Position numbers and translations under genes: made by a program. The notes under the pieces are model-generated. The model made no database searches, was not told the DNA's origin, and was given only the letters and a program-made list of their open reading frames with translations. From the human T2T-CHM13v2.0 reference genome, Homo sapiens: a DNA stretch of 64,000 nt. Location of the stretch: assembly GCF_009914755.1 (NCBI RefSeq), contig NC_060929.1. One strand, given 5' to 3'. Numbering within the stretch: the stretch's first letter is position 1; each line of letters starts with the position of its first letter. This document shows, in pieces, positions 32,501 to 44,552 of this stretch.

Positions 32501-35500
32501 TGCTAGCTGTTGAATTTGTTTGCTCTTGCTTTTCTAATTATTTTAATTGTGATGTTAGGGTGTTGATTTTAGATCGTTCCTGCTTTCTCCTATGGGCATT
32601 TAGTGCTATAAATTTACCTCTAAACACTGCTTTAGCTGTGTCCCAGAGATTCTGGTACATTGTGTCTTTGTTCTCTTATTGATTTCAAAGAACTTACTTA
32701 TTTCTGCCTTAATTTCATATTTATCCAGGAGTCATTCATGAGCAGGTTGTTCAGTTTCCACGTAGTTGTGCAATTTTGAGTGAGTTTCTTAATCCTGAGT
32801 TCTAATTTGATTGCGCTGTGGTCTGAGAGACTGTTATGATTTCTGTTCTTTTGCATTTGCTGAGGAGTGTTTTACTTCCAATTATGTGGTCAATTTTAGA
32901 ATAATTGCGATGTGTTGCTGAGAAGAATGTATATCCTGTTGATTTGGGGTGGAAAGTTCTGTAGATGTCTATTAGGTCTGCTTGGTCCAGAGCTGAGTTC
33001 AAGTCCTGAATATCCATGTTAATTTTCTGTCTCGTTGATCTGTCTAATGTTGACAGTGGGGTGTTAAAGTCTCCCACTGTTATTGTGTGGGAGTCTAAGT
33101 CTCTTTGTAGGTCTCTAAGAACTTGCTTTATGAATCTGGGTGCTACTGCATTGGGTGCATATATGTTTAGGATAGTTAGCTCTTCTTGTTACATTGATCC
33201 CTTTACCATTATGTAATGCCCTTCTTTGTCTCTTTTCATCTTTGTTGGTTTAAAATCTGTTTTATCGGAGACTGGGATTGCAACCCCTGCTTTTTTTTCT
33301 TCTTTCTTTCTTTCTTTCTTTTCTTTCTTTCCTTTCTTTTTTGTTTGGTAAATCTTCCTCCATGTCTTTATTTTGAGCCGTTGTGTGTCTTTGCACATGG
33401 GATGGGTCTCCTGAATAGAGCACACTGATGGGTCTTGACTCTTTATCCAATTTGCCAGTCTGTGTCTTTTAATTGGGGCATTTATTTTGATCCTGTCATA
33501 ATGATGCTAGCTGGTTATTTTGCCCATTAGTTGATACAGGTTCTTCAAGTGTCAGTGGTCTTTACATTTTGGTATGCTTTTGCAGTGCCTGGTACCGGTT
33601 TTTCCTTTCCATATTCAGTGCTTCCTTCAGGAGCTCTTGTAAGGCAGGCCTGGTGGTGACAGAATTCCTCAGCATTTGCTTGTCTGTAAAGGATTTTATT
33701 TCTCCTTCACTTATGAAGCTTAATTTAGCTGGATATGAAATTCTGGGTTGAAAATTCTTTAAGAATGTTGAATGTTGGCCCCCACTCTGTTCTGGCTTGT
33801 AGGGTTTCTGCAGAGAGATCTGCCGTTATTCTGATGGACTTCCCTTTGTAACCTGACCTTTCTCTCTGGCTGCCCTTAACATTTTTTCCTTCATTTCAAC
33901 CTTGGTGAATCTGATGATTATGTGTCTTGGGGTTGCTCTTCTCGAGGAGTATCTTGTGTTTTTCTTTGTATTTCCTGAATTTGAGTGTTGGCGTTTCTTG
34001 CTAGGTTGGGGAAGTTCTCCTGGATAATATCCTGAAGAGTGTTTTCCAACTTGGTTCCATTCTTCTTGTCAGTTTTAGTTTCACCAATCAAATGTAGGTT
34101 TGGTCTTTTCACATAGTCCCATATTTCTAAGAGGCTTTGTTTGTTCCTTTTATTCTTTTTTCTCTAACCTTGTCTTCATGTTTTATTTCATTAAGTTGAT
34201 CTTCAGTCTCTGATATCCTTTCTTCCGCTTGATCAATTCAGCTATTGATACTTGTGTATGCTTCCCGAAGTTCTTGTGCTGTGTTTTTCAGCTCCATCAG
34301 GTCATTTATGTTCTTCTCTAAACTGGTTATTCTAGTTAGCAGTTCCTGTAACCTTTTATCAAGGTTCTTAGCTTCCTTGTGTTGGGTTAGAATATGCTCC
34401 TTTAGCTCGGAGGACTTTGTTATTACCCACCTTCTGAAGCCTACTTCTGTCAATTTGTCAAACTCATTCTCCATCCAGTTTTGTTCCCTTGCTGGCATGA
34501 AGTTGGGATTCTTTGGAGGAACAGAGGTGTTCTGTTATTTGGAATTTTCAGCCTTTTTGCACTGTTTTTTCCTCATCTTTGTGGATTTATCTACCTTTAG
34601 TGTTTGATTTTGGTAACCTTTGAATGGCGTTTTTGCGTGGTTATCCTCTTTGTTGATGTTGATGCTGTTGCTTTCTGTTTGTTATTTTTCCTTCTAGCAG
34701 GACCCTCTTCTGAAGTTCTGCTGGAGTTTGCTGGAGGTCTACTCCAGACCCTGTTTGCCTGGGTATCACCAGTGGAGGCTGCAGAACAGCAAAGATTGCT
34801 GCCTGTTCCTTCCTCTGGAAGCTTCATCCCAGAGGGGCACCATCAGATGCCAGCTGGAGCTCTCCTGTATGAGGTGTCTGTCAACCCCTGCCATCAGGAG
34901 GCATTGGGGTCAGGCACCCACTTGAGGAGGCAGTCTGTTCCTTAGCAGAGCTTGAGCGCTGTGCTGGGCGATCCGCTGCTCTCTTCAGAGCCAGCAGGCA
35001 GGAATGTTTAAGTCTGCTGAAGCTGTGCCCACAACTGCCCCTTTCCCCTGGTGCTCTGTCCTAGGGAGATGGGAGTTTTATCAATAAGCCCCTGACTGGG
35101 GTTGTGGCCTTTCTTTCAGAGATGCCCTGCCCAGAGAGGAGGAATCTAGGAAGGCAGTCTGGCTACAGTGGCCTTGCCAAGCTGTGGTGGGTTCCACCCA
35201 GTTCGAACTTCCCACTGGGTTTGTTTACACTGTGAGGGGAAAACCACCTACTCAGGCCTCAGTAATGGATGACGCACCTCCCTTCACCAAGCTGGAGTGT
35301 CCCAGGTCAACTTCAGACTGCTCTGCCAGCAGCGAGAATTTCAAGCCAGTGGATCTTAGCTTGCTGGGCTCCGTGGGCGTGGGATCCGCTGAGCCAGACC
35401 ACTCAGCTCCCTGGCTTCAGCCCCGTTTCCCAGGGAATGAACGGTTCTGTCTCTCTGGCGTTCAGGCACCACTGGGGTATGAAAAAAAACTCCTGCAGCT

Positions 35501-35884
35501 AGCTCAGTGTCTGCCCAAATGGCCGCCCAGTTTTGTGCTTGAAACCCAGGGCCCTGGTTGTGTAGGCACCCCGTGAAATCTCCTGGTCTCCAGGTTGTGA
35601 AGACAGTGGGAAAAGCGTAATATCTAGGCTGGATAGCACCATCCCTCACCAACGGCACAGTCCCTCACGGCTTCCCTTGGCTAGGGGAGGGAGTTCCCAG
35701 ACCCCTTGTGCTTCCCAGGTGAGGTGACACCCCACCCTGCTTCTCCTAGCCTTTCGTGGCCTGCACCCACTTTCTAATCAGTCCCAGTGAGGTGAGCCGG
35801 GTACCTCAGTTGGAAATGCAGAAATCACCTGCCTTCTGCCTTGGTCTCACTGGGAGCTGCAGCCATCTTACCCGGGAATCCCCG
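29567..35884 (-). mobile_element. Full-length L1PA (L1PA7/8-like), antisense in intron 3; ORF1 and ORF2 disrupted
   Basis: EN/RT and ORF1 fragments in the ORF track, 5'UTR to 35884, 13-bp TSD aagccgttattct (29554-29566, 35885-35897). Confidence 0.95.
32198..32328 (-). mobile_element. Alu left arm only, inside L1 ORF2
   Basis: gctgtgaat duplication at 32189-32197 and 32327-32335. Confidence 0.85.
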
Positions 35885-38253
35885 AAGCCGTTATTCTTAA
35901 CGAGTGTGACACACACCAGTTTTGAGCAGTAGCAAAAGGAACAACGTGCATGTTGGAGACTCAGATCAGAACTTGAAAGTCATTGGAAAATGGAAGAAAG
36001 GACAATATGAATGGGGATTTCAGTTGAAGAAACTTTTAAAAGCAGTAGTGGCATGCATCTGGTTGATGTAGAAAGAAAAGAGTTCAGACAAGGGTGACTA
36101 ATGAGAGATAGTAAAGGAAAGTGGAATGTATGAGTCATGCAGTGGAGAGGTTTCCTTTTGGCAACTACACTTGCTTTAAGCACAAAAAAAGAGAATAGCT
36201 TGCTGAAGACATTATTATAGCATTAATATATGAGTCTGAGGAGAATTTTTTCCCATTTGACTTGCTTTCTATTTATTATCTTTTTCTTTTCTAGATGATT
36301 CCATGTCCAAGTATTTCAGATGCCACTTTCTTATTCTCATTTGACTGTTATTTCTTAGGTATATTTTCTGGATTAAAATAGAGTAGTTTTTAGTTTACAT
36401 TTGTTTTTGTTAATCTCCATAATTTGTTTATATGTGGTCATGGTGCTATTCTCTGGTTCAGAATTGAGGTACTAAAAGAAGTAGGTTTTAATTAGCATGT
36501 TAAATTTTGGTAATATTGAAAGGTTCCATTTATTAGGTATGGGATTTTACTGTAAGAAGTTAGCCTTCTTCAAGATTTTTCTACTAGTACTCCTTTCACT
36601 TTTTAAACCAACTTTAATATACTGCTATAAATTCATTATTTTTCTCCTTCTAGTCTCCCCTCCCCGTCTCTCTTGTGAGAAAATAATTTGAAATCAGATA
36701 AGGTCTTTCTCCTGAAGGAACTGACAATTTAGTATCTAATACAGTAAGTGCCATGCAAGAGCAGGAAAGCAAGGAACATTAAATTCTGTGGCACAGAGGA
36801 CAGACATTCCATTAAGATACGAAGAGATATTTCAGCTGATCCTTGAAGGCTTGTGACAGAGCTTGGAAAGGCACTCTAGACAGAGGAACAGCCTGAGGAA
36901 GGCATAGAGCAACCCAGGTCATTCAGTGAGCTGTAGCCTAAACAAGGGGAAGCCTCCTACAGATTTCACTGTACCTCCTGTAGACAAACATGAGTCAGGG
37001 TGATTGCTTCTAAAAGAGGAGTTATAGTTTTAACCTGCGACTAGTGGGCAGCTAGTGTCACAGTAAGACTAAGAAGGAAGGACATAAAAAAAATTCTGCA
37101 GAGTGGAGGCAAAGCTGGAGTACAACATGAGGGAAAAAGCCACATATACACCTATAGCTCTCCACCTTTGAGAAAACTTGCTAGAGGGAACTCCACGTTC
37201 CATAGATGACCCCACTTGCTCATTGCTGGCTGTTTTTCTCTCAGTTTTTAATGTTTTATTATGCAGCTATCCATTGATCCTTTTAGTAATAGATGTATTT
37301 ATTGAACTTGTGCCATGTACCAGGTACTGTTCTATGTTCTGTATATTTTCCAGCTTATTTAATAGCTTTCTTATGATTTTTACTTTAATGGTCTTGGTAA
37401 CTTCCCTATGTTGCATAGATCACAACTATTACACAGCCACCTCCAGCTGCAGGGTAAGCTGGGAAAGTGAGTATTTAGCCTTTCTTGCCTTGATAGTGGA
37501 GGCCGGCCACAAAAATGGAAGTTAGAAATGAGTATGTCTGCTGCAAAATCACTTTTCTTACTTGCTTCCTTTGTTTATTTCTACCCCCTTTCATTTCTTT
37601 CTCGTTGTAAAACTAAGTTGTTAGTTTTCTCTGAAGAAACTAAAATTCTTTAAAGATTAAGAATCTTCACTATTGTATTTGACATATATATTAAAGTTCA
37701 TGAAGAATAAATTACAGCTTGGGTTTTAAATTTTACTTGTATAGATTAACATCAAATTTTAACATTATAAAAGCAATTCTACAGAGGAACATTTACATTA
37801 TGCTACAGTATCTTCAGTTGTACCTTCCTGTTCAGCATAAACATCATATGCCAAAGAGGTACTATATTTTGTTGTATATTTCCTTTGTTGCTTTTTTAAG
37901 ACATTATTATTATGAATCAAATGTCAGTTGTTTATTTTACTTACATTGAAGCTTTTAGTTATAGTGAGTTGGACTCCAAATTTATAAAGCAGTAGAATCA
38001 TTTGATAAAAGCAGTTGGATTAGATCATTCATTCATTAAATATTAAGTTCCTGTTATGTGCCTAAGGGTATGGAGAGATGAAAGGGTTAGTAGGGAATTA
38101 TATTTGAGGATAGGCTGTCTCTATGAAAATAAAAGCAATTACCAATTTTAATTTAAAAAACAATACAATATACATAGATAAACACTTATAAACAATAATA
38201 AAATATAAACCCATAAACACCCATGAACAACAAAATACACACCCATAAGTAAG

Positions 38254-38300
38254 TGGATGGGTGGATGGATGAATGGATGGATGGATGGATGAATGGGTGT
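38254..38300. repeat. (GGAT)n
   Basis: Direct inspection. Confidence 0.9.
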
Positions 38301-38407
38301 GTGGACAGAGACTGATAGACACTTAATAAATTAAGATTAATGTTGTGGTTAATGGTGTTTCAATATTATGTTGTCTAAAAGTATGTTAACTTTTTTAAAA
38401 AATTAAG

Positions 38408-38560
38408 GTTGACAGATTTGCAATGGAATTAGAACAAAGCCGAAATTTGAGCAATACCATAGTGCACATTGACATGGATGCTTTCTATGCAGCTGTAGAA
38501 ATGAGGGACAATCCAGAATTGAAGGATAAACCCATTGCTGTAGGATCAATGAGTATGCTG
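38408..38560 (+). CDS. POLK: POLK exon 4, aa 86-136 with HIDMDAFYA motif (catalytic D107, steric gate Y112)
   Basis: Y-family/DinB motif I; ttaag| acceptor, CTG|gtaagt donor, 153 nt. Confidence 0.98.
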
Positions 38561-38725
38561 GTAAGTAAAGATCAAATACAAAAAGGAAATTTTATAACGT
38601 ACTCAAGTAAGCTTTACTGTTTCATGAAGGGGGAATTCTTTATTGAGGTCTACCAGTTTGCTGAGTATTTTTCTGGGTGCCTTATATATGACTCAATTAC
38701 TGAATCCTTTCAACATACTTTAAGG

Positions 38726-39242
38726 CAGGGGACCCCAACCCCCAGTTCACAGATTGGTATTGGTCCATGGTCTGTTAGGAACTGGGCCTCACAACAGGAG
38801 GTGAGCGTCAGGCAAGCAAACGAAGCTTCATCTGTATTTACAACCACTTCCCATCACTTGCAGTATGCCCGAGCTCTGTCAGATCAGTTGTGGCATTAGA
38901 TTCTCATAGGAGTGCAAACTCTATTGTGAACTGCACATGTGAGGGATCCAGGTTACATACTCATTATGAGAATCAAATGCCTGATGATCTATCACTGTCT
39001 CCCATCACCCCCAGATGGGATTCTCTAATTGCAGGAAAACAAGCTTAGGGCTCCCATTGATTCTACATTATGGTGAGTTGTGTAATTATTTCATTATATA
39101 TTACAATGTAATTATAATAGGAATAAAGTGCACAATAAATGTGACGTGCTTGAATCATCTCAAAACTATCACCCCACCAGTCCGTGGAAAAATTGTCTTC
39201 CACGAAACCAGTCTCTGGTGCCAAAAAGGTTAGGAACTGCTG
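38726..39242 (+). mobile_element. MER1A (hAT-Charlie)
   Basis: caggggacccc...ggaactgctg TIRs; perfect 8-bp TSD ctttaagg. Confidence 0.9.
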
Positions 39243-39419
39243 CTTTAAGGTACTAGTTTTTATTTCCATTTGGCAAAAAAGAAAACTCAGAGAGATGTTT
39301 AATAACTTGCCCAAAGTTACAAACCTAATAATTTCCATGGCAAATTAAATTTTTCCATAAGTAACCGTTCTAGTTAAAGAGAGTTGAAGAAGAAAGAAAA
39401 GGAAATGTTATTCTAAAGT

Positions 39420-39605
39420 ATTAATAGAGATTTTCAAACTGATCTGCAGGCCAAATCCAGCTTTTTATTGGAACAAAGTCACACCCATTTATTTATTACT
39501 ATTGTTGCACTAAAAGAGCAGAGTTCAATAATTAAGTGATCTGCAAAGCCTAAAATGATTACTATCTGGACTTCCACAGAAAAGAAAAGGTTTGCCAACC
39601 CTAGT
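39420..39605. mobile_element. MER58-type hAT MITE
   Basis: ggccaaatccagc...tttgccaaccc motifs. Confidence 0.65.
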
Positions 39606-40449
39606 TCTGGAATAACATACTTCGTTAATAGAGTACATTTAGAATGCAGTTAAATTGTTTTTCCCATGACTTAGAACTTTTGCTTTTCTGATTACTGAGT
39701 TGCTCTTCCTTTTTACCACTCTAACCTTAGAAGAACCAGGATAGCTATGTGTGGCTGAAAGTGTGTTGGAAATTAAAAGTAGCAACTAAAATAGATGAGA
39801 TAATATTTAAAAAGTATTAGAAAAACAAGAAGAGTTCTTCCCTGTTCCTAACTCCTTCCCATGCCTTAGATAGCTACAAAACTAATTCTTACTGAGTGAT
39901 TATTTTATTATAAAACTATAATCTGTTTGTTTTTTTATCTCTGCCTCTGTGAGTATGCAGGCAGCTGATAAGTCTGATTCCAAAACACTGTTTTTTGAAA
40001 GGAAACTCCCCTTTCCTACAAATCATCAATAAATATTTCAAAAAATATATTTAATTTTATTAAGATATAACACCATAAATTTATGTATGTTTATGTATGT
40101 GTATACATACAAACTTGCTGTAGCCATGTTAAAGCTAAACCAACTGCTTTTGAAATCTACAAAATATTTTCTTTCCTACAATTTCTGTCCTCCTAAAAAT
40201 CAGTTATTGTTTCTAAATTCAAAATTATTGTTATATTTAAACAAAGATTACCCCTTTTGTATGTTGAACAAATAGTTTTCCCTTCTACTAAGCATAACTT
40301 TTTGTCCTATTAAACATATGAAAGTATATCTACAAATTAATGGGAGTGATTGTTTGATTATTCCCACTGATAAAATTCTTTTTTGGCGAATTTGATGGAT
40401 TTTTGAAATGTTCTAACTTGGCACTGAGAGTTGCAACTGAGATCCTACA

Positions 40450-40895
40450 GCAGTTACCTATTGCTGCATAACAGCCTCCCCCAGTATTTAGTGGACAGCC
40501 AAAATTTATTTGCTCATGATTCTGTAATTTGAGCAGAGTGCGATGGCGATGGCTCAACCTTGCTCTACCTGGAGTTGGCTAGGGCAATTTAACTGAGGCT
40601 AAAAAATCCAAGGTGGCTTCATTCATAGGTCTGGCACTTCGACTGAGGAGATTGGAATGGATTCCAGCTTCAGAACTTTCTCCTCTCCATTGTTGCTTCA
40701 ACATTTAGTAATCTACCCCAAAATATTTACAATGGTTGCTGGATTACAAAAAGCAAAAGCCTAGGTTTCAGAACTCAGTGTCACTTCCTTCACATTATTT
40801 TTATCAAGGCAAGTCACGTGGCATGAGGAACTAGAACCCACTTTTGATAAGAGTAACTTGTAAAGTATTGTGGCTGTGATCTACAATATACCACA
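40450..40895. mobile_element. MLT1 (MaLR) LTR
   Basis: ctattgctgcataaca...atttagtgg...ataccaca. Confidence 0.65.
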
Positions 40896-41848
40896 AATCT
40901 AAAAGTTAGAGAAATTCTTATTTAAAAGTTTGTTTGTCCTCTGCTATAGATCTAGCTTTTATGTCAATTATATTAAACTTATTTACTAAACCATTGGTTT
41001 TGTTTCTAGTGCTATCCACATTTTCTGTTCCAGAACACTGACCAAGGATTAGTATAGTTCTGAGTACTATCAAGATGTTTTAAGTGCCATTTGAAAATCA
41101 TTAGACGAAAATTCATATTATTCTGAAATAATCCCTTCATTTGTTTCTGTTTTGCATTTCTTTGAAATTTCACTTGAGATTCTAAATAAGGATTTAATTT
41201 GTGATAAAATTTGTTTTATAAATAGTACTGTGGTCTACCACGTTCACATAGACTTTCATCAGATATCATCACCAACAGGATTTAATAAGCAATATTCTCC
41301 TTTTTACTCTCATACTTTTGTAGTTCCATCTCCTAGTCAAAATGTTTTCAGCAAAAAAGATAATTAAGCCTTAAGAAAAACCTTAATTTCTAAACTTATT
41401 TTAAGCTTTAATCACTTCATTTTGGAGACTTAATTTGGCTGACCACATAGACCTTTTATTTTTGTTCTAGATGAAAAGTTTCCAAAATCCCAAATAGACC
41501 AAATTCGAAAAGTTTACTATTATACTATACTATTACTTTATATAATGTAACATCTATACTAATTGTACTATACTATTATTTTATGACTATTCTATACAAC
41601 TTACCATACTATTACTTTCATGTAACATAACTCACTATCATCCAAATTTTGATATTCATTCTATAATAAGTATGCCTTAAAACCAATGAAGTTTAGTTGG
41701 TAGAAATATAAGAAAATCTTTTTATTAGCACAGTCTTGCTTATACCTGGTATCACATTATAAATATAGGGATAGTAATGGGAGAGGGTCATGGTATCAAA
41801 ATACCGTGACAGAATAAGTCAAAACTTGGATTAAAACAGTGGCCTATA

Positions 41849-42680
41849 ATCAGAGAAATGCAAATCAAAACCACAATGAGATACCATCTCACACCAGTTA
41901 GAATGGCGATCATTAAAAAGTCAGGAAACAACAGGTGCTGGAGAGGATGTGGAGAAATAGGAACACTTTTACACTGTTGGTAGGACTGTAAACTAGTTCA
42001 ACCATTGTGGAAGTTAGTGTGGCGATTCCTCAGGGATCTAGAACTAGAAACACCATTTGACCCAGCCATCCCATTACTGGGTATATACCCAAAGGATTAT
42101 AAATCATGCTGCTGTAAAGACACATGCACACATATGTTTATTGCGGCACTATTCACAATAGCAAAGACTTGGAACCAACCCAAATGTCCAACAATGATAG
42201 ACTGGATTAAGAAAATGTGGCACATATACACCATGGAATACTATGCAGCCATAAAAAATGATGAGTTCATGTCCTTTGTAGGGACATGGATGAAGCTGGA
42301 AACCATCGTTCTCAGCAAACTATTGCAAGGACAAAAAACCAAACACCACATGTTCTCACTCATAGATGAGAATTGAACAACGAGAACACGTGGACACAGG
42401 AAGGGGAATATCACACTCTGGGGATTGTTGTGTGGTGGGGGGAAGGGGGAGGGATAGCATTAGGAGATATACCTAATATTAAATGACGAGTTAATGGGTG
42501 CAGCACACCAACATGGCACATGTATACATATGTAACTAACTTGCACGTTGTGCACATGTACCTTAAAACTTAAAGTATAATTAAAAAAATATATGATAGA
42601 ATGATGACCTTGAGTCATTAATAAAAAACAATGCTTAATACATTCTATTTTTGGAAAACAACAAAAACAAAAACAAAAAA
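41849..42680 (+). mobile_element. 5'-truncated young L1PA with a ~65-nt 3' transduction
   Basis: ORF2 C-terminus (42005-42376), 3'UTR to 42589, second A-tail 42655-42680, TSD 41833-41849/42675-42691 (15 of 17 match) at a TT|AAAA site. Confidence 0.88.
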
Positions 42681-42805
42681 CTGGCCTATAAATGAAATGT
42701 CCTTGAATTGAAAATGCACATATTAATGTGTTTCTTATGAATGCATTGATCAATATGTCCATTTAGGTTTGTGTATTTTTTTCCATGTGGTCAATTTTCT
42801 TTCAG

Positions 42806-42937
42806 TCTACTTCAAATTACCATGCAAGGAGATTTGGTGTTCGTGCAGCCATGCCAGGATTTATTGCTAAGAGGCTGTGCCCACAACTTATAATAGTGCC
42901 CCCCAACTTTGACAAATACCGAGCTGTGAGTAAAGAG
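42806..42937 (+). CDS. POLK: POLK exon 5, aa 137-180 [17 protein letters not shown]...AVSKE (fingers)
   Basis: DinB NYxARxFGV motif; tttcag| acceptor and GAG|gtaagt donor, 132 nt. Confidence 0.98.
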
Positions 42938-44258
42938 GTAAGTTAATGTCTCACCCCTACTTTAGGCTTTCACTGAGTTCCTGTCACCTACAGAATCTCA
43001 AGTCCAAGTGCCTTAGCACGTAGGATTTGGTCTTAGCTTATCCTTTCAGTTGAGCCTCCTATCACTTCTTCAGCTTGTATATTGAATACTGAGCTGCATA
43101 TAGCATCCAGAATACATCATTCTTTTTCCCAATTCTTTGCCTTTCCATGCAGTTTTCATTTGCTTAGAAAACTTCCCATTTCCTCAAACTTTGAACTGCC
43201 TTAATGATAATATAAAATTAAATTTAGCTATTTTTTCTTAATGTACAATATACATTTTTTCTAGAACCACATTTTATTTATAACTTACAGAATCTACTCA
43301 TCATTAATTTCAACCTATTGTCTGAATAATTACTTATTAATGTTGTTAAACAGTGACAAAATTCATGTATTTTGATTAGCCTACTTTACTTGCCCCATAA
43401 TCATTTGCTGTCTAAGAGACTGATAATTGAAAAGGGAGTAATCCATTGCTTCAAAAAGGATCTTTGAAGTAGATTTGATTATTTACTAAAATTGCCAAAC
43501 TGTCATATGTGAAAACCGCCATTTTTTCTATTTTTTATGACAACTGGTCTATCATGCAGTGCTGGAATTTAATTTTTGAATTAAAATTTTAGACTACTAC
43601 ATCAAATACTTTTAGACTGCTATAGTAAAATGTGTTTAAGACTGCTGCCTGAATGGAAACACTTAAAAAAACTGTGACCTAATACTTATTACTCTTTAGT
43701 TATACCAGGGGTCTTTAAATTCACCCCTCTTATTTGTATTCCACCTCATTTTCCCTAGAAGTGACACTATTCCAAGTTTAAACACAGGTTTGTTTGTTTT
43801 TTTTCTGTCCAAGGCAGTCTGTGACAGCAAGTGCTTTTTGCATACCTCTGAAAAGGTGGTGGAGGAGAGGGGAGCACACTTACATTTGGTTACTGCTTAT
43901 CTCTTTCATTGTATTCCTAATTAAAAAGAGATAAAATACTAATCATAAATATAGCCTTTTAAGAAGTTTTAAAAATCCTACAAAAGTTTAGTAAGAAAAG
44001 GTATTTTTTAAAGTCGTACTTTAACTCAGCAAAACTTCTGGCAGTATGCCAGTGAAAACCAAAGTGTTTTTAGTTATTTTAGTCTGGTTATTTATGTAAG
44101 TCAGAGAACTCTTCAAATTTGAGCCGGATCTAGCTAGTTTATATGCAGATAACAAATGAGTTCTTCTGTGTAAATGAACTGTAGAACAAATTCATCACTG
44201 CCTATGGATACATAAATATTCATGACTTGGTTAGAAAATTTAAGAAAAAGCCCTCCCG

Positions 44259-44552
44259 TTTTTTTTGACACAGGGTCTCACCCCATAGCCCAGGCTGGAG
44301 TGCCGTGACTCGATCATACCTCACTATAACCTTAAACTCTTGAGTTAAGCAATCCTCTGGCCTCAGCCTCCTGAGTAGCTAGATTGACAGGCATGCATCA
44401 CCACACCCACCTAATTTTAAAATTTTTTTGCAGAGATAGGGTTTTCCTATGTTGCTCAGGCTAGGCTTAAACTCCTGGCCTCAAAAAATTATCCTGCCCA
44501 GGCCTCCCAAAGTGCTGGGATTACAGGCATGAGCCATCATGCCCAGTTAGCC
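44259..44552 (-). mobile_element. AluJ
   Basis: Diverged Alu. Confidence 0.88.

Noticed and set aside
36295-36358. Possible 64-nt cryptic exon between the L1 and exon 4
   Set aside because: Good acceptor but weak donor (TAG|GTATAT); such sites are common in T-rich introns
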